DNA of 64,000 nt from the NCBI GenBank assembly GCA_002269645.1, contig NIVC01001700.1, positions 1-64,000 of the forward strand, in the 5' to 3' direction. The notes under the pieces are model-generated. The model was not told where the DNA came from and made no database searches. It saw nothing but the letters and a program-made list of their open reading frames with translations. The position numbers were made by a program, and so were the translations under genes. Positions 36,338 to 49,329 of the stretch are shown one piece after another. Origin of the DNA: Macrostomum lignano (lineage: Eukaryota). Position 1 is the stretch's first letter. Every line of letters starts with the position of its first letter.

Positions 36338-38783
36338 CTATGTCTGCGCTGCCCTCTGATGAAGCAGGCTCAGCATCTTCTTGAACTCTGGGTTAAATGG
36401 AGAAATGGAGTTGAAGAAATATTTATACCAAAGCAAAACTTCGTGTACATGTAAGCATAATGCCTGCCCTTATTAAATTCCTGACAAACATCGATAGAGC
36501 ATACAGTTTTCAGAAGTTGAGAAGAAAAAACAAAAATGCCGCACATTTACTGCTTCATTTATAATATAATAATAATCATTTATTACACCTGCCCTAATAA
36601 GCAGATGTGCAACCGACAGCTCAGCCGCAGCTATTGCGCGGTGCATCTGAAGACTGCGTACGGCTGTTCAGTCCAAGGACACTGGGGGATCGCCACACAC
36701 CCTCAATTACCCCAGCTAATGCTGGCACCCATTTTGCAGCTGGGTGAACTGCAGCAATGCAGAGTTAAGTGTCTTGCTCAAGGACAAAAATTGTCCGAAG
36801 TTATGTCGAGAATCGAACCCCGACCTCCAAGTCGTAAGTCCGACGCTCTAACCACTAGGCTACAACCCCCGCACTAGGCTACAATCCCCCTTCCGCACTA
36901 GGCTACACCCCCCCCCACTAGGCTACAACCTCCCACAAGGCTACAACCCCCGCACTAAGCTACAACCCCCGGCACAAGGCTACAACCCCTTCCCACTAGG
37001 CTACAATCCCCCACTAGGCTAAAACCGGCCTCCACTAGGCTACAACCCCCATTCCCACTAGGCTACAACCCCCATTCCCACTAGGCTACAACCCCCATTC
37101 CCACTAGGCTACAACCCCCATTCCCACTAGGCTACAACCCCCATTCCCACTAGGCTACAACCCCCATTCCCACTAGGCTACAACCCCATTCCCACTAGGC
37201 TACAACCCCCATTCCCACTAGGCTACAACCCCCTTACCACTAGGCTAAAACCCTTTATTTCATTTAATTTAAATTAATTCATTTAAACAAAACTAAAATC
37301 CAATGAAAAATCGCACCCTCAAAGTTGATCCGACCGTCCTTGTCAACATCCGCCTCTTTGATCATTGACTTCACGTCCGCGTCTGTGACCTCTTCGCCCA
37401 GGAACTGCATCGTCTTCTTAATCTCCGTGAAGTCTATGTAGTTGTCACCGTTGTGATCGAATGCCTGTTTTTGGTCGAATTGGAAATACGAAATCAACAA
37501 GATAAAATGTTTTACGTATTACTTGCAGTAGCAAGGCGTGAGCTTTTTTTATCAGTTAAACTGCACCGAGAAGATAGGTACGAAAAATAAGGACATTCAA
37601 GATTGCACTTGATCGGTCTTGAGCTCCGTAATGCATGTACTGAATATGAGCAAGAAACTCATCAGAGTTGATGCAGATTCAAGAGCTTGATAATTTGGTA
37701 CCTTGGAAAGCTTGGAAGGTTTGGATCAAGAATCTTATCGATAGAATATTAATAAATCGTTAATATTAGGAAATTTCTGTAATCACAGTAAACACAAGAT
37801 TCTCCGATACCTTGAACGCCTCCCACATCTCGGCATCCTCGGAGTGCCCGTCGCAGTGCCTGTGATAGTAGGAACGCATCATGCGCAGGAACTCGTTGAA
37901 CTCGACTGTGCCGTTTCCTGCATGATGGAAGCGATGTGAAGACCTTGGAATTTTGCTGCAGTGAAAAACTAACATCATCGTGGAGTTCTGCACTCACCGT
38001 TTGTGTCCACATCTGCAATCATTGTCTTGACCTCCTCCTCGTTGACCTTTGTGCCGAGGAAGCGCAACACCTTGTGCAGCTCGACGGACGAGATCCGACC
38101 GTCGTTGTCGATGTCGAAGAAATCGAAAGCGTCTTTTAGCTCTGGGGAAAGGAAGTTGGAATCATATTTATTACGAGTGGAGGGGGGTAGGCTTCGATAA
38201 AATTGGAAGGTAGCTACACTTAGGTTTGCGGTAGATTTGACGGCAAATTGATTTTTATGTAATTTTGTGTTCAATTTATGAATTTAGGTTCAGTGTGCAT
38301 GTATAAGTTTGGTCAGATACAAAGTGAGTCATGTTTCTAAAATCAATCACTTTGCTTTGATTACAAATTCCTGCTAGTACCGGGTGAAGGTAGGTATTGG
38401 GTAGACCTTGATAAGTGGTGAAGGTAGGTTTTGGGTAGACCTTAATAAGTGGTGAAGGTAGGTATTGTGTAGACCTTGATAAGTGGTGAAGGTAGGTAAT
38501 GGGTAGACCTTGATAAGTGGTGAAGGTATGTATTTTGTAGACCTTGATAAGTGGTGAAGGTAGGTATTTTGTAGACCTTGATAAGTGGTGAAGGTAGCTA
38601 TTGGGTAGACCTTGATAAGTGGTGAAGGTAGGTATTGGGTAGACCTTAATAAGTGGTGAAGGTGGGTATTGGGTAGACCTTAATAAGTGGTGAAGGCTCG
38701 AAAGCGAAATCCTTTTGCTTCTTTCGCTTACCGCGGTCAGTGGGTGCAGACTCGCCCTTGGCCTTCTGCCGCTCGCCTTCCAT
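36338..38783 (-). CDS. Calmodulin-like protein with four EF-hands (5 coding exons; further upstream exons possible)
   Basis: Exons 38732-38783 (MEGERQKAKGESAPTDR), 37998-38141, 37811-37917, 37317-37464, 36338-36387, with consistent phases. EF loops DIDNDGRISSVE, DTNGNGTVEFNE, DHNGDNYIDFTE and DVDKDGRINFEE are all canonical. The first exon is the least certain. Confidence 0.9.
36640..36862 (-). mobile_element. tRNA-derived SINE family 2 (CORE/Meta-like central domain) in the last intron of the calmodulin-like gene
   Basis: TAGCCTAGTGG (A box) ... GGGTTCGATTC (B box), followed by GTCCTTGAGCAAGACACTTAAC...CACCCAGCTGCAAAATGGGT, resembling CORE/Meta SINE domains from memory. Confidence 0.8.
36853..37250. 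repeat. Minisatellite, unit about 23 bp (CCACTAGGCTACAACCCCCATTC)
   Basis: Begins at the SINE family 2 5' junction. Confidence 0.92.
38385..38696. repeat. Intronic minisatellite, 34-bp unit GTAGACCTTGATAAGTGGTGAAGGTAGGTATTGG
   Basis: Calmodulin-like gene, intron 1. Confidence 0.93.
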
Positions 38784-39282
38784 GATGAAGGAGAAGCTGA
38801 GACGCGCTGAGCTGTCGCCAACTGTTGTCCCCCTCTACGAGCCACTTGATTCGAGTACTCGAGAAAGTAGGGGAGTCCCAATTTGAATTTGAATCTCGAG
38901 CTTTTCCTTTCTCCGTTTTACAGCTCTGCCCCCTACCTACATTTCTTCAGTCCTTTAATCCTGCACAGTTGGATTCGGTAATGAGCCTGGCGACTCCAGG
39001 CCGCATGTGTCCCCCTTCATGTCTGCCTCGTGCCACAGAGAATGGATAGGGAGAGGTGGCCTGCCCTGATTCGTGCGTGCTTTAGAGGGACGCAAACAGT
39101 AAAGGGAGAGAGAGAGGGAACTTACTTTTGAGCTGTCGCCCTGAGAAGCATCCGTCTCCTCCATTCTGCAAGACGAAGAGGGTGGAGACCTCGGCTGATT
39201 AGTGCCTTGCACCCAGCAAGAGAACGGTACATTTGCGATTGAGCTAGGAAATTTCTGGGACTTTTTGTTCAAATGCAAAGAA

Positions 39283-40479
<1,197 letters not shown>

Positions 40480-40984
40480 AGCCAAGACACAAGTGGTACG
40501 CATTATCCATGCTCGTATATATCATTCAATTCCACAAGTGGGAATGCCGGTGGCTATCCTTATCAATTCGAATAAAAACTGGCTCCTCAGTGCACGGGGG
40601 GCGCACAGTAGGAGACGATCGGTGACCATGGGATGCACTGGCGTCGGATCGGAATGCATGCGCACTTATCAGTCTCTCTCTACCCAGGTTTTGCTTGTCT
40701 ATCATGTCAGTCTTTATCTCGCGTTGCTTCTACATAAATTGAAGACGACACTCGACAGTCCTTGATTGCTGCTTTGTTCCGGTATTTCATGCTATCACAT
40801 GCGGGTTGGTACATGTACACAAAGTATAACTTATCTAGAGTGTCTTTCTAAGGTATGTCCATACTTTTTTCTTCCAGATGTTTTTTGACTACTACACGAG
40901 CGTAGTTTACATTAGAATAGGTTCCATTGGTACACAGATGACTGCAAACCCAACTTTTCCCTGTATGCACAGGGATACCAGTAA

Positions 40985-41050
40985 GTACGCAGAGGCACAC
41001 ACTCACACACGGGGTGTGCAGAGGCCCCCACTTTCTAATCGGCTCTCATG
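40985..41050 (-). mobile_element. SINE family 1 fragment
   Basis: The minus strand reads GATTAGAAAGTGGGGGCCTCTGCACACCCCGTGTGTGAGTGTGTGCCT, a degenerate form of the family core 3' half. Confidence 0.4.
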
Positions 41051-41839
41051 GACGTGAATTGCGCGAGATCTGAGGCGGAAGTAAGCTCAACAACGCATCA
41101 ACAGCGTGACCACAGCTGGCTAGTATTAAGAAGCTGCATCCCAGGTCGCGCCTCAGTGACCAGCAAGCACTCGACGGAGCGCTGAGTTCTCATGACAATG
41201 CTACGACGGACACGTCCAGAAATTACTGACACTTTTAATCCCAAAGCAAACACGGAAGCAACTGCACACAAAACTTTGATGTCGGATACTTTGGTCATTC
41301 CAAAGCGGTGTGATTTGTCCTTCAGGAAACAAGTTGTTGTCAAACCTTCTAAGAAAGATAGCAGTACTCACAACAACTGATGCTGCCGAGAAGCAGGGTG
41401 CACCCAAGGCCGATTTGCTGCTGTTTTGTCGAGTCTTCTGCTGCTGCTGCTGCTGCTGCTGCTTCTTCTTCCTCGCCACAGGCGTCGCCGACTTGCCAAC
41501 TCCGCCATCGCCGCCTGAGGTCGTCGCCGTAGCCTGGATCTTCTTAGACGACGCTTGCATCGGCGTGGGCATCTATTAGCTCTGGCGATTAGGCTAGGAT
41601 TAGACTAATAGACTAATGCGGACTGTGCAGACTATACTTATTTAGAATTGGAAAGCTAAACTAATTGATCCGGTTGGATGCCGAGACTTTGATTTAATAG
41701 ATTTTTTGGCTTATGACGAGACGGTTGGACGGCTATTCGAGCTGTAAATCTAAATGCGTGCAGTGACGGGTGTGTGTCGTCTCGCTCCTGCGGGCAAAGT
41801 GCGGTGCGCAAGACTTGCTTCTGATTTACATGCTGGGAT

Positions 41840-42880
41840 CCTGAGTGTGGGATTGTGGATCAAGGTGTGGGATTGGGATCCCGAGTTTGGGATCGGGGAT
41901 CCAGGTGTGGGATTGGGGATCCCGAGTTTGGGATCGGGGATCCAGGTGTGGGATTGGGATCCCGAGTTTGGGATCGGGGATCCAGGTGTGGGATTGGGAT
42001 CCCGAATTTGGGATTGGGGATCCAGGTGTGGGATTGGGGATCCCGAATTTGGGATCGGGGATCAAGGTGTGGGATTGGGATCCCGAGTTTGGGATCGGGG
42101 ATCCAGGTGTGGGATTGGGATCCCGAGTTTGGGATTGGGGATCCAGGTGTGGGATTGGGGATCCCGAATTTGGGATCGGGGATCCAGGTGTGGGATTGGG
42201 GATCCCGAGTTTGGGATCGGGGATCCAGGTGTGGGATTGGGATCCCGAGTTTGGGATTGGGGATCCAGGTGTGGGATTGGGGATCCCGAGTTTGGGATCG
42301 GGGATCCTAGTGTGGGATTGGGATCCCGAGTTTGGGATTGGGGATCCAGGTGTGGGATTGGGGATCCGGGTGTGGCATTGGGATCCAGGTGTGAGATTGG
42401 GGATCCGGGTGTGGCATTGGGATCCAGGTGTGGGATTGGGGATCCCGAATTTGGGATTGGGGATCCAGGTGTGAGATTGGGGATCCAGGTGTGGGATTGG
42501 GGATCCCGAGTTTGGGATCGGGGATCCAGGTGTGGGATTGGGGATCCCGAGTTTGGGATCGGGGATCCAGGTGTGGGATTGGGGATCCCGAGTTTGGGAT
42601 CGGGGATCCAGGTGTGGGATTGGGATCCCGAGTTTGGAATTGGGGATCCAGGTGTGGGATTGGGGATCCCAAATTTGGGATTGGGGATCCAGGTGTGGGA
42701 TTCGGGATCCCGAATTTGGGATTGGGGATCAAGGTGTGAGATTGGGGATCCGGGTGTGGCATTGGGATCAAGGTGTGGTATTGGGGATCCGGGTAAAGGA
42801 TTGGGGATCCGGGTAAAGGATTGGGGATCCGGGTGTGAGATTGGTGATCCCGAGTGTGGGACTGGGGATCCCCAGTGTGG
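41840..42880. repeat. G-rich compound minisatellite (GGGATCCAGGTGTGGGATTGGGGATCCCGAGTTTGGGATC)
   Basis: Direct inspection. Confidence 0.95.
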
Positions 42881-43809
42881 GATTAGGGGTCCGACTGCAG
42901 GTATGGGAGAATCACTATCAAATTTTCAGAATCCAGGTAGCGGATTGAGCCACAGGAATATTCTCATTAACCCGATCGAAATGCTGAGTTAATAGACATA
43001 AGTTGTACTCAAGATTGAAGGGTATTAAGGCGCGCATGTTGCGGTGAGCTTCAGTCTCCTGTCTACAACCCAGCTGTTACACTCCTCGCCACCTCCCTCC
43101 TCTACCCTAATTAACTGCTCGGGGAAGCTGCCTGCCCCCAGCCCGGGTGTTTCGAGAGTGGAAGAGAAACGGCGGAAGGAGAAGCGAGAGAGCCGAATGT
43201 TTGGCATTGGGCATGCACTGTGCCGCCCTGCCTGCCTGCCTGCCTAAACCCTTCGAGCTCAGCTAATCCGCATCTCCCAATCCCTGCAATTATTCCGGGT
43301 TGATGACGGGCCGCGCGGAGTCTGCAAATAATTCAGTCTAAAAATGCCATCCCGATTTCGCCTTCCTCTCTGCTCAGGTTGTGGGATTTCAGAGAAATGC
43401 GGAGTGCAGTTCATGAAGGACTAAACTATGCCAGGGCTTGTTAGGCCCGGGCGATGCCGTTGCTAGGGGAAGAGGGGTTTTCGGGCCGTGACTGGCAGCT
43501 GCAGAGGACGCCTGCGGGGCTGCCTGGCCGAGTGTTCGGCAACAAATTTGTTTCCCTCTGGTCTGCTAAATGTAGCAGCTTTGCCTGCTTGGCTTGAAGA
43601 GAAACACATGTTTACCTGCGGCTTGACCCTGGAGCCGCGGACTTATCCTTATGTGGCACTTAGCCGGAGCTTATGGGAAGTGGGGCCGCCTGCGGGGGTC
43701 GCCGTTTCAGGCGGGAAGCGAAACATCTGCGACTGCCGGACTTAGCGAGCGAAAACTCATCCCTGTCCACCAAGTTGAACCGGTCTGGTTAATCGGATTG
43801 CGGAACTGG

Positions 43810-44085
<276 letters not shown>

Positions 44086-44469
44086 TTTTATTTATGTCTT
44101 TTTATTCTTGCCAAAACGCGCAGAGCCAAGCAATGCTGTAAACTAGAAATTTTCTTGTTTCATCAGCTGAAGGAAGAGAATCTTGTGGGAAAAGGAAGGT
44201 TCTGTGCGAGAATTCACTGTTTCTGTTATTTCTCTTTCTCCGTCATGCTGTCCTCCCAACCAGAAGAAGACAAGTCTGGGGAGAAAACAGTTTTTGGGAA
44301 AGTCGCATGTTTACTGGATTCAGGCGTCAAGTCCTGCGTCACTAGGAAATTCATCATTCTGCTGCACTTTATCCTTCACTCGGTTTCGATTGAAAGCTCT
44401 TTTCAGTTTTCCCGGATTCCGTTTGTGTCCCAGCTCAATAGCTCCTTTGGCAAAAATCCGTTCAGTTCT

Positions 44470-44955
44470 TGAATCCCAAATCCCGTCAGTCTTTTAATCC
44501 CAAATCCCGTCAGTCTTTTAATCCCAAATCCCTTCAGTCTTTTAATCCCAAATCCATTCAGTGCTTTAATCCCAAATCCCTTCAGTCTTTTAATCCCAAA
44601 TCCCTTCAGTGCTTTAATCCCAAATCCATTCAGTCTTCTAATCCCAAATCCATTCAGTCTTCTAATCCCAAATCCCGTCAGTCTTCTAATCCCAAATCCC
44701 TTCAGTCTTCTAATCCCAAATCCCTTCAGTCTTCTAATCCCAAATCCCGTCAGTCTTTTAATCCCAAATCCCGTCAGTCTTCTAATCCCAAATCCCGTCA
44801 GTCTTCTAATCCCAAATCCCTTCAGTCTTCTAATCCCAAATCCCTTCAGTCTTCTAATCCCAAATCCCGTCAGTCTTTTAATCCCAAATCCCGTCAGTCT
44901 TCTAATCCCAAATCCCTTCAGTCTTCTAATCCCAAATCCCTTCAGTCTTCTAATT
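44470..44955. repeat. Minisatellite, 24-bp unit AATCCCAAATCCCGTCAGTCTT(T/C)T
   Basis: Direct inspection. Confidence 0.95.
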
Positions 44956-45639
44956 CAGTATTTTAATCCTTACCCAGGTACTAATAACCTTAATTACCTG
45001 GGCAGTTTCTCAAACAGCCAATGGCTCTTCACTTACAGACGCAGCCGGCAGCGTTTTCAATCGAAGAAATTTCGATTAGCATCCAAAAAAGCCACAATCG
45101 AGTAAAGTTGAAATAGCGCAGAAATTGCGAAGTTCAGAATCGACAGAATTCGCGGTTCGGGCCCAGCAGACGCTGCCGCAGCCATAAATAGCTGCCGCTG
45201 ATAGGGCCCTCTGCCTCCGGCCCTGCCCCCCCCCTTGGTTCATCTTCGATCACTAGATGGGCCTGGGCATTGGATCCTGCGGTTCCAACAGGCCAGCGCT
45301 GCTGCCTTCAGAGCGGGGGGAGGGCGACGGCTGGGTAGAACTTTATGCCCACGGTCACTACCAGAGACTCTCTAACCGGTGATGTACTATTATGATTGGG
45401 CTGTGCCGTGGAGCTTTAGAACCAGGATATACCTGGATTGCGGCAGCCCAGTGAAGCGCTTTATTCGCAAATCGTGTTTCTTTGGACGCAACTTCCGTAA
45501 ACTTTGTGTATAGCGTTTGACGCGCCATGTTGACTGTCGAAAGAATTGCAACTGAATTTAATCGAAGTTAACTACTCTGGACTAGGAGTATCCTTCCCGA
45601 TTGACCGGCAAAAGTACATGGTATCCCCAGTGCTGACGC

Positions 45640-46330
45640 TGGCGCCCATATCAAATGAAATGGTGCCCCTATCAGATGAAATGGCACTCATATCAGATGA
45701 AACGGCGCCCCAATCAGATGAAATGGCGCTTTTATCAAATGAAACGGCGCCCCAATCAGATGAAATGGCACTCATATCAAATGAAACGGCGCCCCAATCA
45801 GATGAAATGGCACTCATATCAGATGAAACGGCGCCCCAATCAGATGAAATGGCGCTTCTATCAAATGAAATGGCGACCCTATCAGATGAAATGGCACTCA
45901 TATCAGATGAAACGGCGCCCCAATCAGATGAAATGGCGCTTCTATCAAATGAAATGGCGACCCTATCAGATGAAATGGCACTCATATCAGATGAAATGGC
46001 ACTCATATCAGATGAAATGGCACTCATATCAGATGAAATGGCACTCATATCAGATGAAATGGCACTCATATCAGATGAAATGGCACTCATATCAAATGAA
46101 ATGGCACTCATATCAGATGAAATGGCACTCATATCAGATGAAATAGCGCCCCTATCAAATGAAATGGCGCCCCTATCAAATGAAATGGCGCCCCAATTAA
46201 ATTTAATAGCGCCACAATATCAGATGAAATGGCGCCCCAATTAAATTGGATAGCGCCACAATATCAGATGAAATGGCGCCCCTATTAAATTGAATAGCGC
46301 CACAATATCAGATGAAATGGCGCCCCAGGG
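45640..46330. repeat. Minisatellite, 21-bp unit TCAGATGAAATGGCACTCATA and variants
   Basis: Direct inspection. Confidence 0.95.
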
Positions 46331-46684
46331 AACAACTCCAAGTTCAGGCCGCAGATCTCCATGGTTCTGCGCAGAGCTGCTTGACAGCGCAGTTTTCTAC
46401 TGGGGCAAAGGGGAAAACTGGTTGGGTTATTTTAGCTCCGGGAACTCCCCCCGGTCTGTTCCCCCTAAGCAATCCTGTCCCAACCCCCCAGCCGAAGTTT
46501 CCCCCATTGCCTGTCCGGAAGCTTCTCTTCTAGTCCGCTGCTTCTTCCCGAACCCGCAGCAATTAAGCCGGTCCCCCAGGCAGCCCCCTCCCAAATCTCC
46601 CCAAAAATTCGCTTCGTCTCTTGAAGCGCATAGCTCGCAGCTTGCTGTGTTGTGCTGTATTGTGCTGTCGCATGGATTAGCAAT

Positions 46685-47085
46685 CCACTCACTGTAGATT
46701 AGCAATCATTGGACTATAGATTAGCAATCCGTGGACTATAGATTAGCAATCCGTGGACTATAGATTAGCAATCCGTGGACTATAGATTAGCAATCCGTGG
46801 ACTATAGATTAGCAATCCGTGGACTATAGATTAGCAATCCGTGGACTATAGATTAGCAATCCGTGGACTATAGATTAGCAATACGTGGACTATAGATTAG
46901 CAATCCGTGGACTATATATTAGCAATCCGTGGACTATAGATTAGCTATCCGTGGACTATAGATTAGCAATCCGTGGACTATAGATTAGCAATCCGTGGAC
47001 TATAGATTAGCAATCCGTAGACTATAGATTAGCAATCCGTGGACTATAGATTAGCAATCCGTGGACTATAGATTAGCAATCCATT
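46685..47085. repeat. Minisatellite, 22-bp unit TAGATTAGCAATCCGTGGACTA
   Basis: Direct inspection. Confidence 0.96.
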
Positions 47086-47759
47086 CTATTTCTGCATCCC
47101 TAGACAGCCGAGGCCCATGTATGTCAGGGAATCCTTTCCATCTCCTGTCCTTCCGATGCAAAACTCCTTAAATCAGTGAAGTTTTCGGCCGCAGCGCAGA
47201 TGACACGCGAGTTGCTACAGCCGCTCGCTCCAATCCAATACAGTAGCTGGGAACAGCTGACCAGACTGACAGAGTGGGGACAGCTGGTCCAGTTAACTTT
47301 TCAAAGAGACAAAAATGTCATTTTGTCTCCGTCTTGGATCTTCCAGCGAGCGCGAGGGCTGGTTGACGTCAGTTCGTGCAGACTTTCATGGCCCGGAGGG
47401 TTTAGGCGCCAGGTTCAAAGGAGTCCGGAAAATCCCTCGTGGCCTGAGGGGGGGGGGGAGTGCTTCATCACTTATCTAAGCGTCTGCCTTGCCATTGACA
47501 TTTGGCTATCTAGGATATGGGAGCCTCAGAACATGACCATGATGCCTATCAATCTGATTTGTCAAATATGTTAATTCATCTCTTTATCCCGGTTAATCTA
47601 CCTTACACTACGCGTAAATCCCTAGGGTTTGTAACTTTTTCCCCATATCTTACAACTAAAGTTCTGTAGGTCTTGACCGTTCCTTCGGCAGTCTGTTCAT
47701 TGCTGTACAAGATTGAATGCAAAAGGTTTGGTTAAAGTCAATAATTTGCAAGGGGCATT

Positions 47760-48020
47760 GCAGATCAGCAGTAAACGCGCATGACTCCGTGGTTCGATTC
47801 CGTGCTCGGCTGAGTCACGGCCATGAGAGCAACCCCCAAGGCGCAGAAAGTGTACATGTCTGACGATTTGAAAGTCAGGGCTGCTGTACACTCGTGTGAG
47901 CGTGTGCATGAGTACGTGTGCTCAGGAGTCAGTGGAATGGGCAGAATTTTCGTCAGCACTGGTTGTGGGACCACGTCGCTGAAGGTATTGCTTCCAGGGT
48001 GCTCACAGCCTCCTGCCAAT
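47760..48020 (+). mobile_element. tRNA-derived SINE family 1 copy
   Basis: B box GGTTCGATTCC, then AAGGCGCAGAAAGTGTACATGTCTGAC...GTCAGGGCTGCTGTACAC. Confidence 0.75.
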
Positions 48021-48257
48021 GTTTAATTGGGTGTTTGTTTACATAACAGACTTTAAATTTAGATATTAATAGTAATAAAAACACTGTCCGAGTGTCAGTT
48101 TCGCTTTCGCCAAATAGTTCAATTGGCAATATATGGCATCTAATTTAGGATACGCTCTGTCTCTAAATAAAACCGAATTTATGCTTTCGGCTGGTATTCC
48201 TACTGTTAAAGCATAAATTCGTGCTGTGCGTCAAAATACGAGTAAGTTCTGTGCGTA

Positions 48258-49230
48258 GAACTACCAAGAGGGGGGGGGGAATTACCCCCCCTGACAATTT
48301 TTTATGTTGCGCCGTATTGGAGCAACGCAGGCACACGAAATTCAAGAACATGGGCCAACTTTTTGTTGCGCACCTTCTCAAACAAGAATCAAGTCGCCAG
48401 CCCTCCGGACCGTCGAGATATTCGACGGTTCTGCCAGTAGGTCTGATTTTCCCATAAGTGCTAGTGTATTCAGTACACCCCTATGCCCCAATTAGCACTG
48501 CGCCTCAGTGCAGCCTTGCCAAGTCTCCAAATTTCATGAGAACGTCGACCACATATGTCTGCATCAGCTCTGACTTCGTTGGTCACTAGCCTTCACCCAG
48601 GCAGAGCTTCTGGACCTTCAACAGGTGGCACCAGGTGACTATGGACACCCTGATGCGAATTTCTATAGTTTCGCCGATCAAGCCTTGACAGTGGGCAAGC
48701 CTCAACTGCTGGACATCCTCAGCTAGTCTCTCAAACATTCCGTCATCACCCCGACGCCGTCGGCACCTTCAACAGATGACACCAGATGACTATGAACATC
48801 CTGTTGCAAATATGTCAGATTTTTCTTATCAAGCATCGATAATGGGCAAACTTTAACTTCTGGTCATTCTCAGCTAGACTCTCAAACAGTCTATCATCAC
48901 CGGAGAGCTCCACCTGAGTGAAGGCTAGTGACCAACGAAGTCAGAGCTGATGCAGACGCATGCGGTCGACGTGCTGATGAAATTTGGAGACTTGGCAAGG
49001 CTGCACTGAGGCGCAGTGCTGATTGACGCACAGGGGTGTACTGAATACACTGGCACTTATAGGAAAATCAGACCTACTGGCAGAACCGTCGAATATCTCG
49101 ACGGTCCGGAGGGCTGGCGACTTGATTCTTGTTTGAGAATGTGCGCAACAAAAAGTTGGCCGCCTGTGTTCTTGAATTTCGTGTGCCTGCGTTGCTCCAA
49201 TACGGTAAATTCCCCCCCTCTTGGTAGTTC
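48258..49230. mobile_element. Non-autonomous DNA transposon (MITE/foldback) with TIRs of about 330-350 bp, flanked by TA
   Basis: 48258-48608 is the reverse complement of 48906-49230. Termini are GAACTACCAAGAGGGGGG, with TA directly outside both ends. No transposase ORF. Confidence 0.88.
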
Positions 49231-49329
49231 TACTGTTAATCATACTTTGTACTTGAAGTAGTATGCACTGCGGGGGGGGGTAAGTTTAATTCTTGAAGCC
49301 CAGAGGATTGAAAGCTAATCGCAGAATCA

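Noticed and set aside
36800-36862. tRNA genes at SINE heads (also 25.4, 53.5 and 57.6 kb)
   Set aside because: A and B boxes are present but there is no acceptor stem or complete cloverleaf, and they run into SINE bodies.
41485-41515. P-loop-like GDGGVGKS
   Set aside because: It sits in low-complexity sequence without the preceding hydrophobic strand or the downstream G3/G4 GTPase motifs.
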